Assembly (NCBI GenBank): GCA_965216315.1
Contig: CBDCFN010000016.1
Location: 1,600,001 to 1,664,000, forward strand
DNA: 64,000 bases
Direction of reading: 5' to 3'
DNA from: a bacterium
Lineage (GTDB): Bacteria > UBA10199 > 2-02-FULL-50-16 > JAJFLM01
Below are positions 40,050 to 50,290 of the stretch, piece by piece. Under the pieces are notes generated by a model that did not search any database, was not told the origin of the DNA, and worked only from the letters and a program-made list of their open reading frames with translations. The position numbers and the translations under genes are program-made. Each line of letters begins with the position of its first letter. Within the stretch, counting starts at the first letter, position 1.

Positions 40050-41882
40050 CTATTCGGTCACGATGTTGTCGAGGCGGTCGAGGGCCTTGATGACAACCTC
40101 CCGCAAGATCGCATTGTGGGCCTTATAGGGGGCCCGCGGGACGCTCCGCAAGAACACGATGCGGGCGGGTGCCAATCCCTTGACCCCGGGCCCGGCAACA
40201 TTTTCCATATGTCTGAGCAGCTCAACCTCGGTATACCGAGCCCCCCGGGCGAGCACAACGGCAGCGACAACCATTTCTCCCAGTTTCTTGTCCGGGATTC
40301 CAACGACGTGACAATCCTGAATTCCCGACATCCCACGCATATGATTTTCAATCGTCCGTGGAAAGACGGCCTGGCCATTGGTCACGATCTTTTCGATCGA
40401 GCGCCCAAGTACCGTAAGGAAGCCGTCCTCATCCAACTTACCGAAGTCATCGCCCTCACGGAATCGCCCATCGGTCAGTGCGTTCTTGACGTAGATCGTC
40501 CCGACTTGACCCGGACCCAGGATCGTACCGCCCTGGTCGCGAATCTGAATCTCAACTCCCGGTGCGGGGCGCCCCACGGTCTCTTTATGGGCGAGTAATT
40601 GATCCGGTCTAAGGACGGTTACCAAACCAAATTCCGTCGTCGCATAATTTTCCCAGATGATGGGCCCGAACACGCCGACAGCAAGCTCCTTCAATGAAGG
40701 ATGAAACGGAGCCGCTCCGACGTAAATGGCCCGCAACGAATCAAGTTTATAATCGTGGTGAGAATCGGCAACAAACATACACAAGCTTTTCAACCAATGC
40801 GGCGAGGTCCAAAAGTTGGTGAGTTGATGGTTATCAATCAAATCTAAAGTCGCTTCCGGATCAAAGGCGAGGCTCGGGGTTTCATCGAGCATCACCATTG
40901 CCCCGCGATTGAGATGTCCCTTCGCCCAGGAGTGCGCACCGCCATGATAGAGTTGGCCCACAACGAGGTTTTTGTCTCTTTCAGTAATTTGAAACAGGCG
41001 GTTCGCCTTGCGTCCGACGTTCGCATCGCGCTTAACACGGACTAGCTTGGGCTCACCGGTCGTTCCCGAACTCATCATCACGGGACCCGGATACTCAGGC
41101 GCAACCATATCCGCACTCGCGGCTGGCGGTCGTTTAAATTCTTTAATGATACTTCGGTAGTGAAGAACGTTCGGATACTTGTTATCAATGTCGACCACAA
41201 TCGTTCCCATCGCCTCAAGCAAGGGAAGATAGAGTTCGATATGCAGTAAACTTTCATGATCGAGAAACAACACGCGATACGGCTGAGCCCGTAGTTTCTC
41301 CATGATCTGATCGCGTGATAGATAAGAATGAAAATTGGTGTACGCCACACCGGCACGCTTGGCTCCAATATTGATCGAGAAATGTTCAACGCGATTCCGA
41401 CTGAAGAAGATGGCGACTTGTTGATCATCCGAGTCACGACAACCCGCAATGAAGCGACCGAGGATATCCGCATGGGCGTCCAACGTCCCATAGGTTAACC
41501 CTTCCGTGCCTTGTCGCACTGCCACACGCTGTCCCCAACTAAAGGCATTTTGCGCAATCGGATCGGTTCGATTGATCGGACCCGGCGTCATCCGACTCGT
41601 CAGGTCGCTCAATACACCACGAATTTGCTCGCGGGTCGGTATGCTGAGCAGCGTCGGCAACGTATAACTCCCTAAAAAGGGATGGACTATCTGGGACTCG
41701 TGACCGCGCCAGTAGAGATCCTGGACGTCTTCCCAGATTTCTCCGTCGGTGAGCTGATCATCCGAGTGCATGTGCCGTTCGATTTGCGCAAGCTCCTCCG
41801 TAAAGGCCGCGACGTTGAAAGTCCCGCGGCTGGCACAGAGCATAGGGGCAACCATGAGCTGGGTCGCCAAATTGGATGACAT
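40050..41882 (-). CDS. Divergent AMP-binding acyl-CoA synthetase with ~100-aa N-terminal extension
   Basis: SSGTTGEPK, YATTE, TVGRP, LDEDGFL.V.GR; start moved to MSSNL (41882) because the upstream ATG lies inside the promoter motif. Confidence 0.8.
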   Translation of the reverse strand: MSSNLATQLMVAPMLCASRGTFNVAAFTEELAQIERHMHSDDQLTDGEIWEDVQDLYWRGHESQIVHPFLGSYTLPTLLSIPTREQIRGVLSDLTSRMTPGPINRTDPIAQNAFSWGQRVAVRQGTEGLTYGTLDAHADILGRFIAGCRDSDDQQVAIFFSRNRVEHFSINIGAKRAGVAYTNFHSYLSRDQIMEKLRAQPYRVLFLDHESLLHIELYLPLLEAMGTIVVDIDNKYPNVLHYRSIIKEFKRPPAASADMVAPEYPGPVMMSSGTTGEPKLVRVKRDANVGRKANRLFQITERDKNLVVGQLYHGGAHSWAKGHLNRGAMVMLDETPSLAFDPEATLDLIDNHQLTNFWTSPHWLKSLCMFVADSHHDYKLDSLRAIYVGAAPFHPSLKELAVGVFGPIIWENYATTEFGLVTVLRPDQLLAHKETVGRPAPGVEIQIRDQGGTILGPGQVGTIYVKNALTDGRFREGDDFGKLDEDGFLTVLGRSIEKIVTNGQAVFPRTIENHMRGMSGIQDCHVVGIPDKKLGEMVVAAVVLARGARYTEVELLRHMENVAGPGVKGLAPARIVFLRSVPRAPYKAHNAILREVVIKALDRLDNIVTE

Positions 41883-41905
41883 GAGACCTGTAAACACAGT
41901 GGGCT

Positions 41906-41930
41906 CATCGCACATTTTCGGAAAAAGTTG
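41906..41930 (-). promoter_or_regulatory. CAAC-N16-CGATG promoter-like motif (copy C)
   Basis: CAACTTTTTCCGAAAATGTGCGATG, 23 nt before ATG 41882. Confidence 0.6.
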
Positions 41931-42032
41931 TTTATTTCTTAGGGGTTATCTTCGAATCCTTGCGAAAGAATCGCCGGTTGAGGCTTCGCGATAGATCTGC
42001 TAAGGACTCGATTCACATAAGGAGCTAAGTTC

Positions 42033-42413
42033 ATGAAAAAGATATTCATTCTCGGTGCCGGCCTCATTCTCGCGACCGGCCTCTCTGCTTGCCAGAAATC
42101 AACGGATCCAGCCAAATCAGAGCCGACTTCCACCCTAGAATCAACGAGTTCGGGAGACAAAATCTCCGGCGAGGCCTTCAGCGGTGATTATGTCACGGTC
42201 CTGTGCCGCAAATACAAAGAATGTGGCATCAATGCCTTTAAAACGGATAAGGATTGTCACAATCGTATCAAGGCGGTTCTCGACAAGGATGCCAAATGGC
42301 AAGAGCTCAACTTGGACAAGTCAGCGCTAGCCACGTGCTTAAAGGACTTTAAGGACTTCTCGTGCGACAATTTTAAGGCAGGCAAGGCCCCGGATAGCTG
42401 TCAAAAGCTCTAG
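42033..42413 (+). CDS. Small Cys-rich lipoprotein
   Basis: AAGGAG RBS; lipobox LSAC; six further Cys. Confidence 0.8.
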   Translation: MKKIFILGAGLILATGLSACQKSTDPAKSEPTSTLESTSSGDKISGEAFSGDYVTVLCRKYKECGINAFKTDKDCHNRIKAVLDKDAKWQELNLDKSALATCLKDFKDFSCDNFKAGKAPDSCQKL

Positions 42414-42495
42414 GATATTGTTTTTCCTTGCGTATTTTGGGGTTAACTCGATATAAGGCCCCCGCCTTTTTCATTAATTTATAAGGAGATCTTCA

Positions 42496-44502
42496 ATGGA
42501 AGCGTGGATTCAATGGGCACCTATAATCGGTGTCATCGGGTTGGTGACGGCAGGACTACTCTACGTAGGACTCAAACGTCACTCGGTAGGAACAGAACGA
42601 ATGGAAGAACTGGCGGAGCAGATTCATAAAGGCGCCATGGTCTTTCTCAAACGAGAGTACATGATCTTGGTGTTCTTTATTATACTCGTCGGGCTGCTCT
42701 TGGGCTTTTATATATCGCGGAACACAGGATTCGCCTTCTTAGCGGGCGCCATCTCCTCAATGCTGGCCGGTTTTATCGGCATGAAAGCCGCCACGCGAGC
42801 CAATGTCAGGACGACCGCCGCAGCCAACCAGGACGGGACAGCCTCCGCCCTCAACGTGGCTTTCTTTGGCGGTTCGGTCATGGGACTCTCAGTTGCCGCT
42901 CTGGGCCTGATTGGATTAGGCGTCTCTTTTTACTTGTACCGACTTGGTTATATCCAGGCCGCCGAAATCAATGGTTTTGCCATGGGCGCCTCTTCAATCG
43001 CCCTCTTCGCCCGCGTCGGTGGCGGGATTTATACCAAAGCCGCTGATGTCGGTGCCGACCTCGTCGGTAAGGTTGAAGCCGGCATCCCCGAAGATGATCC
43101 ACGCAACCCGGCTACCATTGCCGATAACGTCGGTGATAATGTCGGCGATATCGCCGGCATGGGCGCAGATATCTTTGAATCTTACGTCGGCTCGGTTATT
43201 GCAGCGATTGCCATTGCCTCTACCGGCGCCGCCTACGCATCATTAAAACTGGCCTATATGACCTTCCCCTTAGCCCTCGTCATGATCGGCTTGGTCGCTT
43301 CGATCATCGGTGTCCTCTCTATGAAGGTTCTTCGAGGATTGGGACCGGAAGCTGCGATCCGCTATGTGCCCTTAGCGCCACTCATAGGTTTCCTAGTTGG
43401 TGCTTACTTCCTCGCGGACGCGTTGGGGATTCCTCAGGGAACGGTCGTCGCCGTTGTCTCCGGTTCCGTTGCGGGAGCGTTGATCGGTCTCGTCACTGAG
43501 TACTACACCTCGGCAAAACCGATTCGTGACATCGCTGCGGCCTCTCAAACAGGTCCGGCCACGACCATCATTTCCGGAATTGGCGTAGGCATGAAGAGTT
43601 GCGTGCTCCCGATTTTGATAATCTGTATTGCGATTTACTTAGGTTACACCTACGCGGGCCTCTACGGAATTGCCATTTCGGCTGTGGGCATGTTGGCCAC
43701 AGTTGGTGTCACGATGTCAGTCGATGCTTACGGTCCAATTGCTGATAATGCAGGTGGTATTTCAGAAATGGCCGAGCTTGGCCCCGAAACACGTAAAATT
43801 ACGGACGGTCTTGACGCTCTCGGCAACACGACTGCTGCCATCGGTAAAGGCTTTGCCATTGGCTCTGCGGCACTGACCGCCTTGGCCCTGTTCTCTGCCT
43901 ACGCTTCAGCCGTTGGACTGAGCACTTCGGGAATTAACATCATGGACCCGCGCGTCGTCATCGGCCTCATGGTCGGCGGTGTTCTGCCCTTCTTGATTGC
44001 CGCGCTGACCATGGATTCAGTCGGTAAAGCCGCCTATGCAATGGTTGAAGAAGTCCGGCGCCAGTTCAAAGAGATCAAAGGACTCATGGAAGGAAAGGCC
44101 AAACCCGACACGGAACGTTGTGTCGACATTTCCACCAGTGCCGCACTGAAGGAAATGATTCTCCCTGGCATCAGCGCAATCCTCGGACCTATCTTGGTCG
44201 GTGTCCTCCTCGGCAAAGAAGCCGTTGGGGGCTTACTCGCCGGCGCAACGGTTACCGGTGTATTGCTTGCCCTGTTCATGGCGAATTCAGGCGGTGCCTG
44301 GGATAATGCCAAGAAGTACATCGAAGGCGGTGCTCATGGCGGTAAAGGATCCGATCCGCATAAAGCCGCCGTCGTTGGTGACACCGTCGGTGATCCTTTT
44401 AAGGATACCAGCGGACCTTCAATGAATATCCTGATCAAGTTGATGAGTGTTGTCAGTCTCGTGTTGGCACCACTCTTTGCAACCCTGACACCGTTGCTGT
44501 AA
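42496..44502 (+). CDS. hppA: K+-dependent membrane-integral (Na+/H+) pyrophosphatase
   Basis: [35 protein letters not shown] (Ala = K+-dependent class), [14 protein letters not shown]. Confidence 0.95.
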   Translation: MEAWIQWAPIIGVIGLVTAGLLYVGLKRHSVGTERMEELAEQIHKGAMVFLKREYMILVFFIILVGLLLGFYISRNTGFAFLAGAISSMLAGFIGMKAATRANVRTTAAANQDGTASALNVAFFGGSVMGLSVAALGLIGLGVSFYLYRLGYIQAAEINGFAMGASSIALFARVGGGIYTKAADVGADLVGKVEAGIPEDDPRNPATIADNVGDNVGDIAGMGADIFESYVGSVIAAIAIASTGAAYASLKLAYMTFPLALVMIGLVASIIGVLSMKVLRGLGPEAAIRYVPLAPLIGFLVGAYFLADALGIPQGTVVAVVSGSVAGALIGLVTEYYTSAKPIRDIAAASQTGPATTIISGIGVGMKSCVLPILIICIAIYLGYTYAGLYGIAISAVGMLATVGVTMSVDAYGPIADNAGGISEMAELGPETRKITDGLDALGNTTAAIGKGFAIGSAALTALALFSAYASAVGLSTSGINIMDPRVVIGLMVGGVLPFLIAALTMDSVGKAAYAMVEEVRRQFKEIKGLMEGKAKPDTERCVDISTSAALKEMILPGISAILGPILVGVLLGKEAVGGLLAGATVTGVLLALFMANSGGAWDNAKKYIEGGAHGGKGSDPHKAAVVGDTVGDPFKDTSGPSMNILIKLMSVVSLVLAPLFATLTPLL

Positions 44503-44509
44503 TTTTATT

Positions 44510-44537
44510 GTAGGGGCGACCGGCCGGTCGCCCCTAC
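44510..44537. repeat. Perfect 28-bp GTAG-type REP palindrome between convergent genes
   Basis: GTAGGGGCGACCGGCCGGTCGCCCCTAC; supplies the permease stop codon. Confidence 0.85.
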
Positions 44538-45835
44538 TTCCGTTTACGGTGAAAACTGTACAAAACAACCCCAACCGCCAACAAGCCTGCCGCTCTTAGA
44601 TAAGCCCCGGTCGAAAACTGCGCAGCCATATAGAGCGTGATAACGGTGCCAAGAATGGGAACCGGCAAGGGTACCTTAAAGAATGATCTGGCCGGGTTGT
44701 CCGGGTAGACCTTTTTAACTTTTACGGCAATCAGCGACACATTCACCAGACAAAATGCCAACAAGATAATGACATTCGTTGACTCGGCAAGAACCTTTAA
44801 AAACCCAGTGAGTGCAAAAGCCATGGCGAGCAGACCCGCAACCAACACCCCCGTCGTTGGTGTTTGGCGACGCGCATGAACGCGGCCAAAGCCATCGGGA
44901 ATCCAACCCGAACGCGCCATCCCGTACAAGATACGCGAACACATAATCATATTAAAGAGTGCGCTGTTAAAGACCGCAAACAGGGCAATGCCACTGAGCC
45001 ACTTGGTGGAGAAAAACGGTAGGAGTCGTTCAGCCACGATCGCGAGCGGCACCTCCGATCTCGCTAACTCAATAGGCGAAGCCACTGAAACAACCGTCAA
45101 TCCGACACCAATATAAACAATAGTTGAAATGATCACCGCTAAGATAATGGCACGAGGAATCGTTCGTTCAGGTTGAATGACCTCTTCGGCAACGTTACAA
45201 ATATCCTCAAACCCTATATACGCATAGAAGGCCAAGGCCGCCCCGGTAACAATGAGGCCGCTCGGATTGCCATGCAAAGTGCCAGTACTGGTGTCAAAGT
45301 AATCAACACTTCCCCACTTGGGGAGGGCATAGATTACAAGGACGATCAAGGCCCCTACCGAAACTACCGTGCAAAGAACATTCACCCAGGTCGCTTCTCG
45401 AATGCCGCGGTGATTCAATCCCGTAATAAGCGATAAGAAAATCAGAATAATCGACCAACGTGGGAGATCGATAAATTGCGCGAAGTACCCTGCAAAGCCA
45501 TGACTTAAGGCTGCTGTCGATGCAATGCCACTGGCGAGGATTAAGAAGCCAACGATAAACGAAAGGGTCCCACTCTTAAAGGCGCGATTTGCGTAAACCG
45601 CCTCCCCTGCCGATTTCGGATAGCGACTCGCCAGTTCCGCGTAGGAAAGGCCGGTTGGCAACGCCGCACAGGCCGAGGCCACGAAAACAATCCACACCGC
45701 ATTACCGGCGACCCCTGCAATCTTACCAACCAACACGTAAATGCCCGCACCGATGATAACACCGACTCCGTATAATGTAAGGGTTGTCGTCTTCAGATGA
45801 CGCCGCAGGCTTGGGGCTTGTATCTCCCGACTCAT
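44534..45835 (-). CDS. APC-family amino acid permease
   Basis: GVIIGAGIY, SYAELASRYP, FYAYIGFED, EEV..PERTIPRAI. Confidence 0.92.
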   Translation of the reverse strand: MSREIQAPSLRRHLKTTTLTLYGVGVIIGAGIYVLVGKIAGVAGNAVWIVFVASACAALPTGLSYAELASRYPKSAGEAVYANRAFKSGTLSFIVGFLILASGIASTAALSHGFAGYFAQFIDLPRWSIILIFLSLITGLNHRGIREATWVNVLCTVVSVGALIVLVIYALPKWGSVDYFDTSTGTLHGNPSGLIVTGAALAFYAYIGFEDICNVAEEVIQPERTIPRAIILAVIISTIVYIGVGLTVVSVASPIELARSEVPLAIVAERLLPFFSTKWLSGIALFAVFNSALFNMIMCSRILYGMARSGWIPDGFGRVHARRQTPTTGVLVAGLLAMAFALTGFLKVLAESTNVIILLAFCLVNVSLIAVKVKKVYPDNPARSFFKVPLPVPILGTVITLYMAAQFSTGAYLRAAGLLAVGVVLYSFHRKRK

Positions 45836-45865
45836 TGCGCTAGACCCTATCTCAGGAGGAAAGCA

Positions 45866-46288
45866 ATGTCGATTGAACAAATTACCCCTACGATTGCTAA
45901 AGAAATGCTCGATAAAGATGCGGACACCATCTACTTAGACGTCCGTTCCATCCCTGAATTTACTCAAGGTCACGCTGAAGGAGCCATTAATATCCCTCTC
46001 CTCCACCTCAATGAACAAAGTGGCACGATGGAGCCCAACCAAGACTTCGCCAAGGTCGCCCAGGCCGTTCTTCCTCCGGAAAAAACTTACGTCGTTGGTT
46101 GCAAAATGGGAGGCCGCTCCCAAAAGGCCTGCGAACTGCTCACTATGCTGGGTTACCAGAATCTATTCAACATCGATGGCGGATTTGTCGGCAATGATCA
46201 TCAGCCCGGTTGGCAAGCCGAGGGGCTTCCAACCAGCACCGATAACGGCGAGGGCGTCAGTTACGAATCCTTAGCTGCTAAGGCATAA
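45866..46288 (+). CDS. Single-domain rhodanese
   Basis: AGGAGG RBS; LDVR..EF..GH..GA.NIP; active-site CKMGGRS. Confidence 0.92.
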   Translation: MSIEQITPTIAKEMLDKDADTIYLDVRSIPEFTQGHAEGAINIPLLHLNEQSGTMEPNQDFAKVAQAVLPPEKTYVVGCKMGGRSQKACELLTMLGYQNLFNIDGGFVGNDHQPGWQAEGLPTSTDNGEGVSYESLAAKA

Positions 46289-46350
46289 GGAGGAAAACTA
46301 GACTCTCGCCTTGACAGGCCTTCTTGGTTTATAATACAGCGCCTAAGCTT

Positions 46351-46647
46351 ATGAGAACACTTCGTCGCCATCGATGGATCGCAGCACTGAGCGTCGCCAG
46401 TCTTTTGTGCTTGAGCCTTATCACGGGCTTCCATCATCATGATCATGACGACACCTCCGCCCATGAGGCCACTCAAGACTGTACGGTCTGCCTCGCAGCA
46501 TCTCAGTTAAGCACGGATACAAAAGTCGGCACGCTCCGTATTGAAACAGCGCCCCCTCATTTCTACTATCTCGTTACAAGTCACAACCATGCGGTAAGCC
46601 GTCTTCAACAAAGTCCCTTTAATTCCCGCGCTCCTCCTCACGCCTAA
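46351..46647 (+). CDS. DUF2946-like leader peptide (signal/TM, His tract, CxxC, C-terminal RAPP)
   Basis: FHHHDHDD, DCTVC, SRAPPHA*; first ORF of the metal uptake operon. Confidence 0.8.
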   Translation: MRTLRRHRWIAALSVASLLCLSLITGFHHHDHDDTSAHEATQDCTVCLAASQLSTDTKVGTLRIETAPPHFYYLVTSHNHAVSRLQQSPFNSRAPPHA

Positions 46648-46739
46648 GTTCACTCACAACTTAGGTTAATCAAACAATCATTCAAGCAATGGGTTTTGCC
46701 CGTATTCAACTGCGCACGCACCCATTTGAGGAGCTTCAT

Positions 46740-47510
46740 ATGTTTAAGCATTTTTTACGTCTCTTATTTATTGCCACTTGTACTTGTACTTGCGCGGCAA
46801 TGATGTCCTGTGCCTCAGGCCAGGGCGGCACGGGAAACACCACTAACAATACGAGCACAGGTACGGCAGCACTTTCTCTACAGTTAGAAGAAGGCGCCAC
46901 CGGCCTCAGCCAGAACAACTACCAACTAGATTTCACGACCTTCGCGTTGGCTTTCTCCAAGATCACTCTCGGGGATCAGGAGGTTACAGAGAGCTTCACC
47001 GCCGATTTCTTCGACGAAGAAATCACCGACGTCATCGAGATGGAAGACGTCCCGACCGGCGAATATAATACGGCAACGCTTACCTTGGGCACCGCCAGTG
47101 GGCTCAGCGGCGCGGCCGCGCTCGTGGCCCACAATCTTCAGGCGGCCACTGTGGGAAGCGATGTCACCTCCAGCTTAAATGGCTTATCGGTACTGATCAT
47201 CGCGGATGCCCAAAACGGTGCGGACACTTGTACGCTGCGAGTAGAACTCGTCAGCGATGCGACGATTACTGTCGGTAATGATGCTGCCGCTGATATTGAT
47301 GTTGGCGCCAACGAAGAAACCGAAGTCCTTGTCGCCGTCGACCCGGATGCCATTTTCGGAACCATCACAGTCCCCGCCACTTGCTCAGGTGATGCGACGG
47401 TGACTATTTCGGCTACTGAAAATGCAGCCCTGGGAACGACACTACTGAGCAACCTCAAAACGGCCTTTGAACTTGAAAGTACAGATGGCCATTCCCACTC
47501 ACACGATTAA
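46740..47510 (+). CDS. Acidic lipoprotein with C-terminal His tail
   Basis: GAGGAG RBS; signal peptide ending MMSC; GHSHSHD C-terminus. Confidence 0.75.
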   Translation: MFKHFLRLLFIATCTCTCAAMMSCASGQGGTGNTTNNTSTGTAALSLQLEEGATGLSQNNYQLDFTTFALAFSKITLGDQEVTESFTADFFDEEITDVIEMEDVPTGEYNTATLTLGTASGLSGAAALVAHNLQAATVGSDVTSSLNGLSVLIIADAQNGADTCTLRVELVSDATITVGNDAAADIDVGANEETEVLVAVDPDAIFGTITVPATCSGDATVTISATENAALGTTLLSNLKTAFELESTDGHSHSHD

Positions 47511-47525
47511 ACGAGGAGGCTCAAG

Positions 47526-48680
47526 ATGAAACGACTCTGCGCAATTTTCGTCATCGGGGGGCTCCTTTGGAGCCCCTCCATCACCGCAAAGGCCTCCGAC
47601 TCGCTCGATGCCGAGATTCAACAAATCGAGCAAGGCTTAAGTTCCCGGCCCGGCAGCGGAACGACACGCTATCTCGGCCCGGTTGCCTATAATACGCCTG
47701 CAACCGGCCTCTATAAATTGCTTCCCGACATTAGCTTGATCGGAACTTTTGCAGGCGCCTACTTCACACAAGACCCGACGGGCGAAACCGGACATGATCC
47801 GGGACGGACGGGTTTTACGCTTCAAGAGATCGAAGTGGCGTTTCAGTCCTACATCGATCCCTACTTTCGAGCGGATATCTTTCTAGCGTTCACCGAGTTC
47901 GGCGTGGAACTCGAGGAAGGTTTTGCAACCACACTAGGACTCGTCAAAGGCCTGCAAATTCGCGCCGGAAAAATGTTGTTGCCCTTTGGGCGTCAGAATC
48001 CGAAGCACCTAGAAATGTGGAGTTTCGCCGACAATATGTTGGCTAACAAACTCCTCTTGGGGGCTGAAGGCCTGGCAGAAATCGGTATGGAAATCGCTTA
48101 TACGTTTCCGATTCCGTTTTTCCTCCAATTACAAGGAAGCTTCACCAATGGAGACAACGAAACAAGTTTTGGCGGCAACCGGAAAGAAGACTTCCTCTAT
48201 CAGGGCCGTGTCTCCAGCAGCTTTGATCTTAACGAAGACCTAACTTTACTCATCGGTGGCTCTACGGCCTTCGGATTTAACGACACCGGTCCGGGAAACC
48301 GTACGAATCTCTTTGGTGGCGACCTTTACCTGAAATGGAAACCCTCGGCCTCTAAGGCGGTCTCCTGGCAGAGCGAGTATATCTACCGCAAAATGGAATT
48401 CCCCGGTGTTACGCGCACCGACGGTGGCCTCTATTCTTTCGTGGATGTGCAATTCGCCAAACGTTGGCATGCCGGTGTTCGACTCGATCAGATGGGATTC
48501 CCGGCGGGACAATTTCAGCGTCGCACTCGGGTCACGCCGGCCTTGACCTTCAACCCATCGGAGTTCTCTCGAATCCGGGTCCAATACGAATGGGATAAAG
48601 AACGCTTTCAGTCGAGCGAACATGCCGCTATCGTGCAGTTACAATTCAGCATGGGCCCCCACGGGGCTCATCCGTTTTAA
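47526..48680 (+). CDS. Outer-membrane beta-barrel metal receptor/porin
   Basis: Signal peptide; PDISLIG, QEIE...IDPYF; alternating beta strands; ends GPHGAHPF. Confidence 0.8.
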   Translation: MKRLCAIFVIGGLLWSPSITAKASDSLDAEIQQIEQGLSSRPGSGTTRYLGPVAYNTPATGLYKLLPDISLIGTFAGAYFTQDPTGETGHDPGRTGFTLQEIEVAFQSYIDPYFRADIFLAFTEFGVELEEGFATTLGLVKGLQIRAGKMLLPFGRQNPKHLEMWSFADNMLANKLLLGAEGLAEIGMEIAYTFPIPFFLQLQGSFTNGDNETSFGGNRKEDFLYQGRVSSSFDLNEDLTLLIGGSTAFGFNDTGPGNRTNLFGGDLYLKWKPSASKAVSWQSEYIYRKMEFPGVTRTDGGLYSFVDVQFAKRWHAGVRLDQMGFPAGQFQRRTRVTPALTFNPSEFSRIRVQYEWDKERFQSSEHAAIVQLQFSMGPHGAHPF

Positions 48681-48691
48681 AGGAGCTGACC

Positions 48692-49585
48692 ATGAAAAAA
48701 TTATTACCCCTCTTACTATTGTGTTTTGTTACTACGGCGCAGGCCGCCGACCGGGTCAAAGTCGTCACGACCTTACCGGTCTTCGCCTCAATTGCTCAAG
48801 AAATCGGTGGTGAGCGTATTGACATTGACTCGTTGGCGCCGCCCAACAAAGATCCGCATTTTCTTGATGCCAAACCTTCCTACGTCGTCAAACTAAATCG
48901 CGCCGACGTCTTGATAGAAGGCGGAATGGGTCTCGAAAACGGTTGGCTCCCTCCCATACTTATGCAGGCCCGTAATGCCAAGGTCATGCCAGGCCGGGCC
49001 GGCTACGTGAATCTCGCGACCGGAATAGCACCACTTGAAATTCCCACGGCCGCCGGACGCGCCTTAGGAGATGTTCATCCGGCTGGAAATCCTCATACCT
49101 GGTTGGATCCCCGCAATATCAAGATCATGGCCGTCAACATCCAGAAACATTTGATTGAAGTTGATCCTGCGGGACGGGCTCACTATCAAGCCAATCTCCG
49201 CGCCTTTCTACAACGTCTCAACGACAAGATCAGCGATTGGGAAAAGCGTGGCCGCCAACTCAAAGGAGTCGCCGTACTCACTTATCATAAGAGTTTGAGC
49301 TATTTTTCGAAGTGGATCGGCATTACAATTGTCGATACCATCGAACCACGCCCAGGTATTCCACCGAGTTCGCGACGCGCCGACAAACTCCTACAAAAAA
49401 TCCCGTCTTGGCAGATCAAAGCGGTTATCGCCGAGCCCTTTTACCCAAAAAAACTCCCGCGCTATATCGCGGAAAAAGGCGGCATCCCGCTTTTAATTGT
49501 TGAGACCGATACCGGGGACCAAGGGATTCACAACTACTTTGACTTGATGGATCGCTTGATCGATCAACTCATCCAGGTCCTGTAA
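48692..49585 (+). CDS. Zn/Mn ABC transporter substrate-binding protein (ZnuA-like)
   Basis: DPHF, GDVHP.GNPHTWLDP, YH. Confidence 0.92.
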   Translation: MKKLLPLLLLCFVTTAQAADRVKVVTTLPVFASIAQEIGGERIDIDSLAPPNKDPHFLDAKPSYVVKLNRADVLIEGGMGLENGWLPPILMQARNAKVMPGRAGYVNLATGIAPLEIPTAAGRALGDVHPAGNPHTWLDPRNIKIMAVNIQKHLIEVDPAGRAHYQANLRAFLQRLNDKISDWEKRGRQLKGVAVLTYHKSLSYFSKWIGITIVDTIEPRPGIPPSSRRADKLLQKIPSWQIKAVIAEPFYPKKLPRYIAEKGGIPLLIVETDTGDQGIHNYFDLMDRLIDQLIQVL

Positions 49586-50290
49586 ATGAGTCAGACCATA
49601 CTGGAATTGAAAAACTTTCGAGTCGGTTACGGCAACCAAGCGGTCACACCACCGATCGATCTGCAGCTTCCCGCCGGAATTCGTTGTGGTATTATTGGTC
49701 CTAACGGTTGTGGTAAAAGTACCCTGCTGCGCACCTTACTCGGTCTGATGCCGCCAGTCACCGGATCACTGCACTGGCACCGAACCGTTCGCTTTGGCTA
49801 CGTCCCGCAACAAAGCCGCATTGATCCGCTTTTTCCTTTAACGGTCGATGACTACCTCAAAATGGGACAGATGGGCCCACCGAACCTCCAAGCGTCGATT
49901 AACGAGCTGGAGCAAATCACGCAAGCTTTAGAAATGGCTCCTCTGAAAACGCGACTTGTCCGCGATCTCTCTGGCGGCGAGCGTCAACGGGTCTTACTGG
50001 CTCGTGCACTGGAACAAAACCCTGAGGTCCTCGCCTTTGATGAAGCCTGGAGTTCACTCGACATCGTTTTCAAAGCAAAGATCCAAGCTTTGCTGGAAAA
50101 CTTGCGACCCACTGGCTCTTTTACCGTATTTCTCGTCGAGCACGATCTCCACCGCATCGCTCCGTTAACAGATTGGCTCATCCTCATCGGTTCCGAACAA
50201 GTCGTCTGCGGACCCAAACAAGAGATTCTGACTCAAGATAAACTTCGTGCTGCCTTTGGCCACGAACTGCCAGGGGAGGCTTCCAAATGA
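49586..50290 (+). CDS. Metal ABC transporter ATPase (ZnuC-like)
   Basis: GPNGCGKST, GYVPQ, LSGGERQR, DEA, EHD. Confidence 0.92.
   Translation: MSQTILELKNFRVGYGNQAVTPPIDLQLPAGIRCGIIGPNGCGKSTLLRTLLGLMPPVTGSLHWHRTVRFGYVPQQSRIDPLFPLTVDDYLKMGQMGPPNLQASINELEQITQALEMAPLKTRLVRDLSGGERQRVLLARALEQNPEVLAFDEAWSSLDIVFKAKIQALLENLRPTGSFTVFLVEHDLHRIAPLTDWLILIGSEQVVCGPKQEILTQDKLRAAFGHELPGEASK

Noticed and set aside
26042..41930. Carboxylase region as a prophage or ICE
   Set aside because: No integrase, transposase, phage or conjugation genes, and no matching att copy seen at the far end
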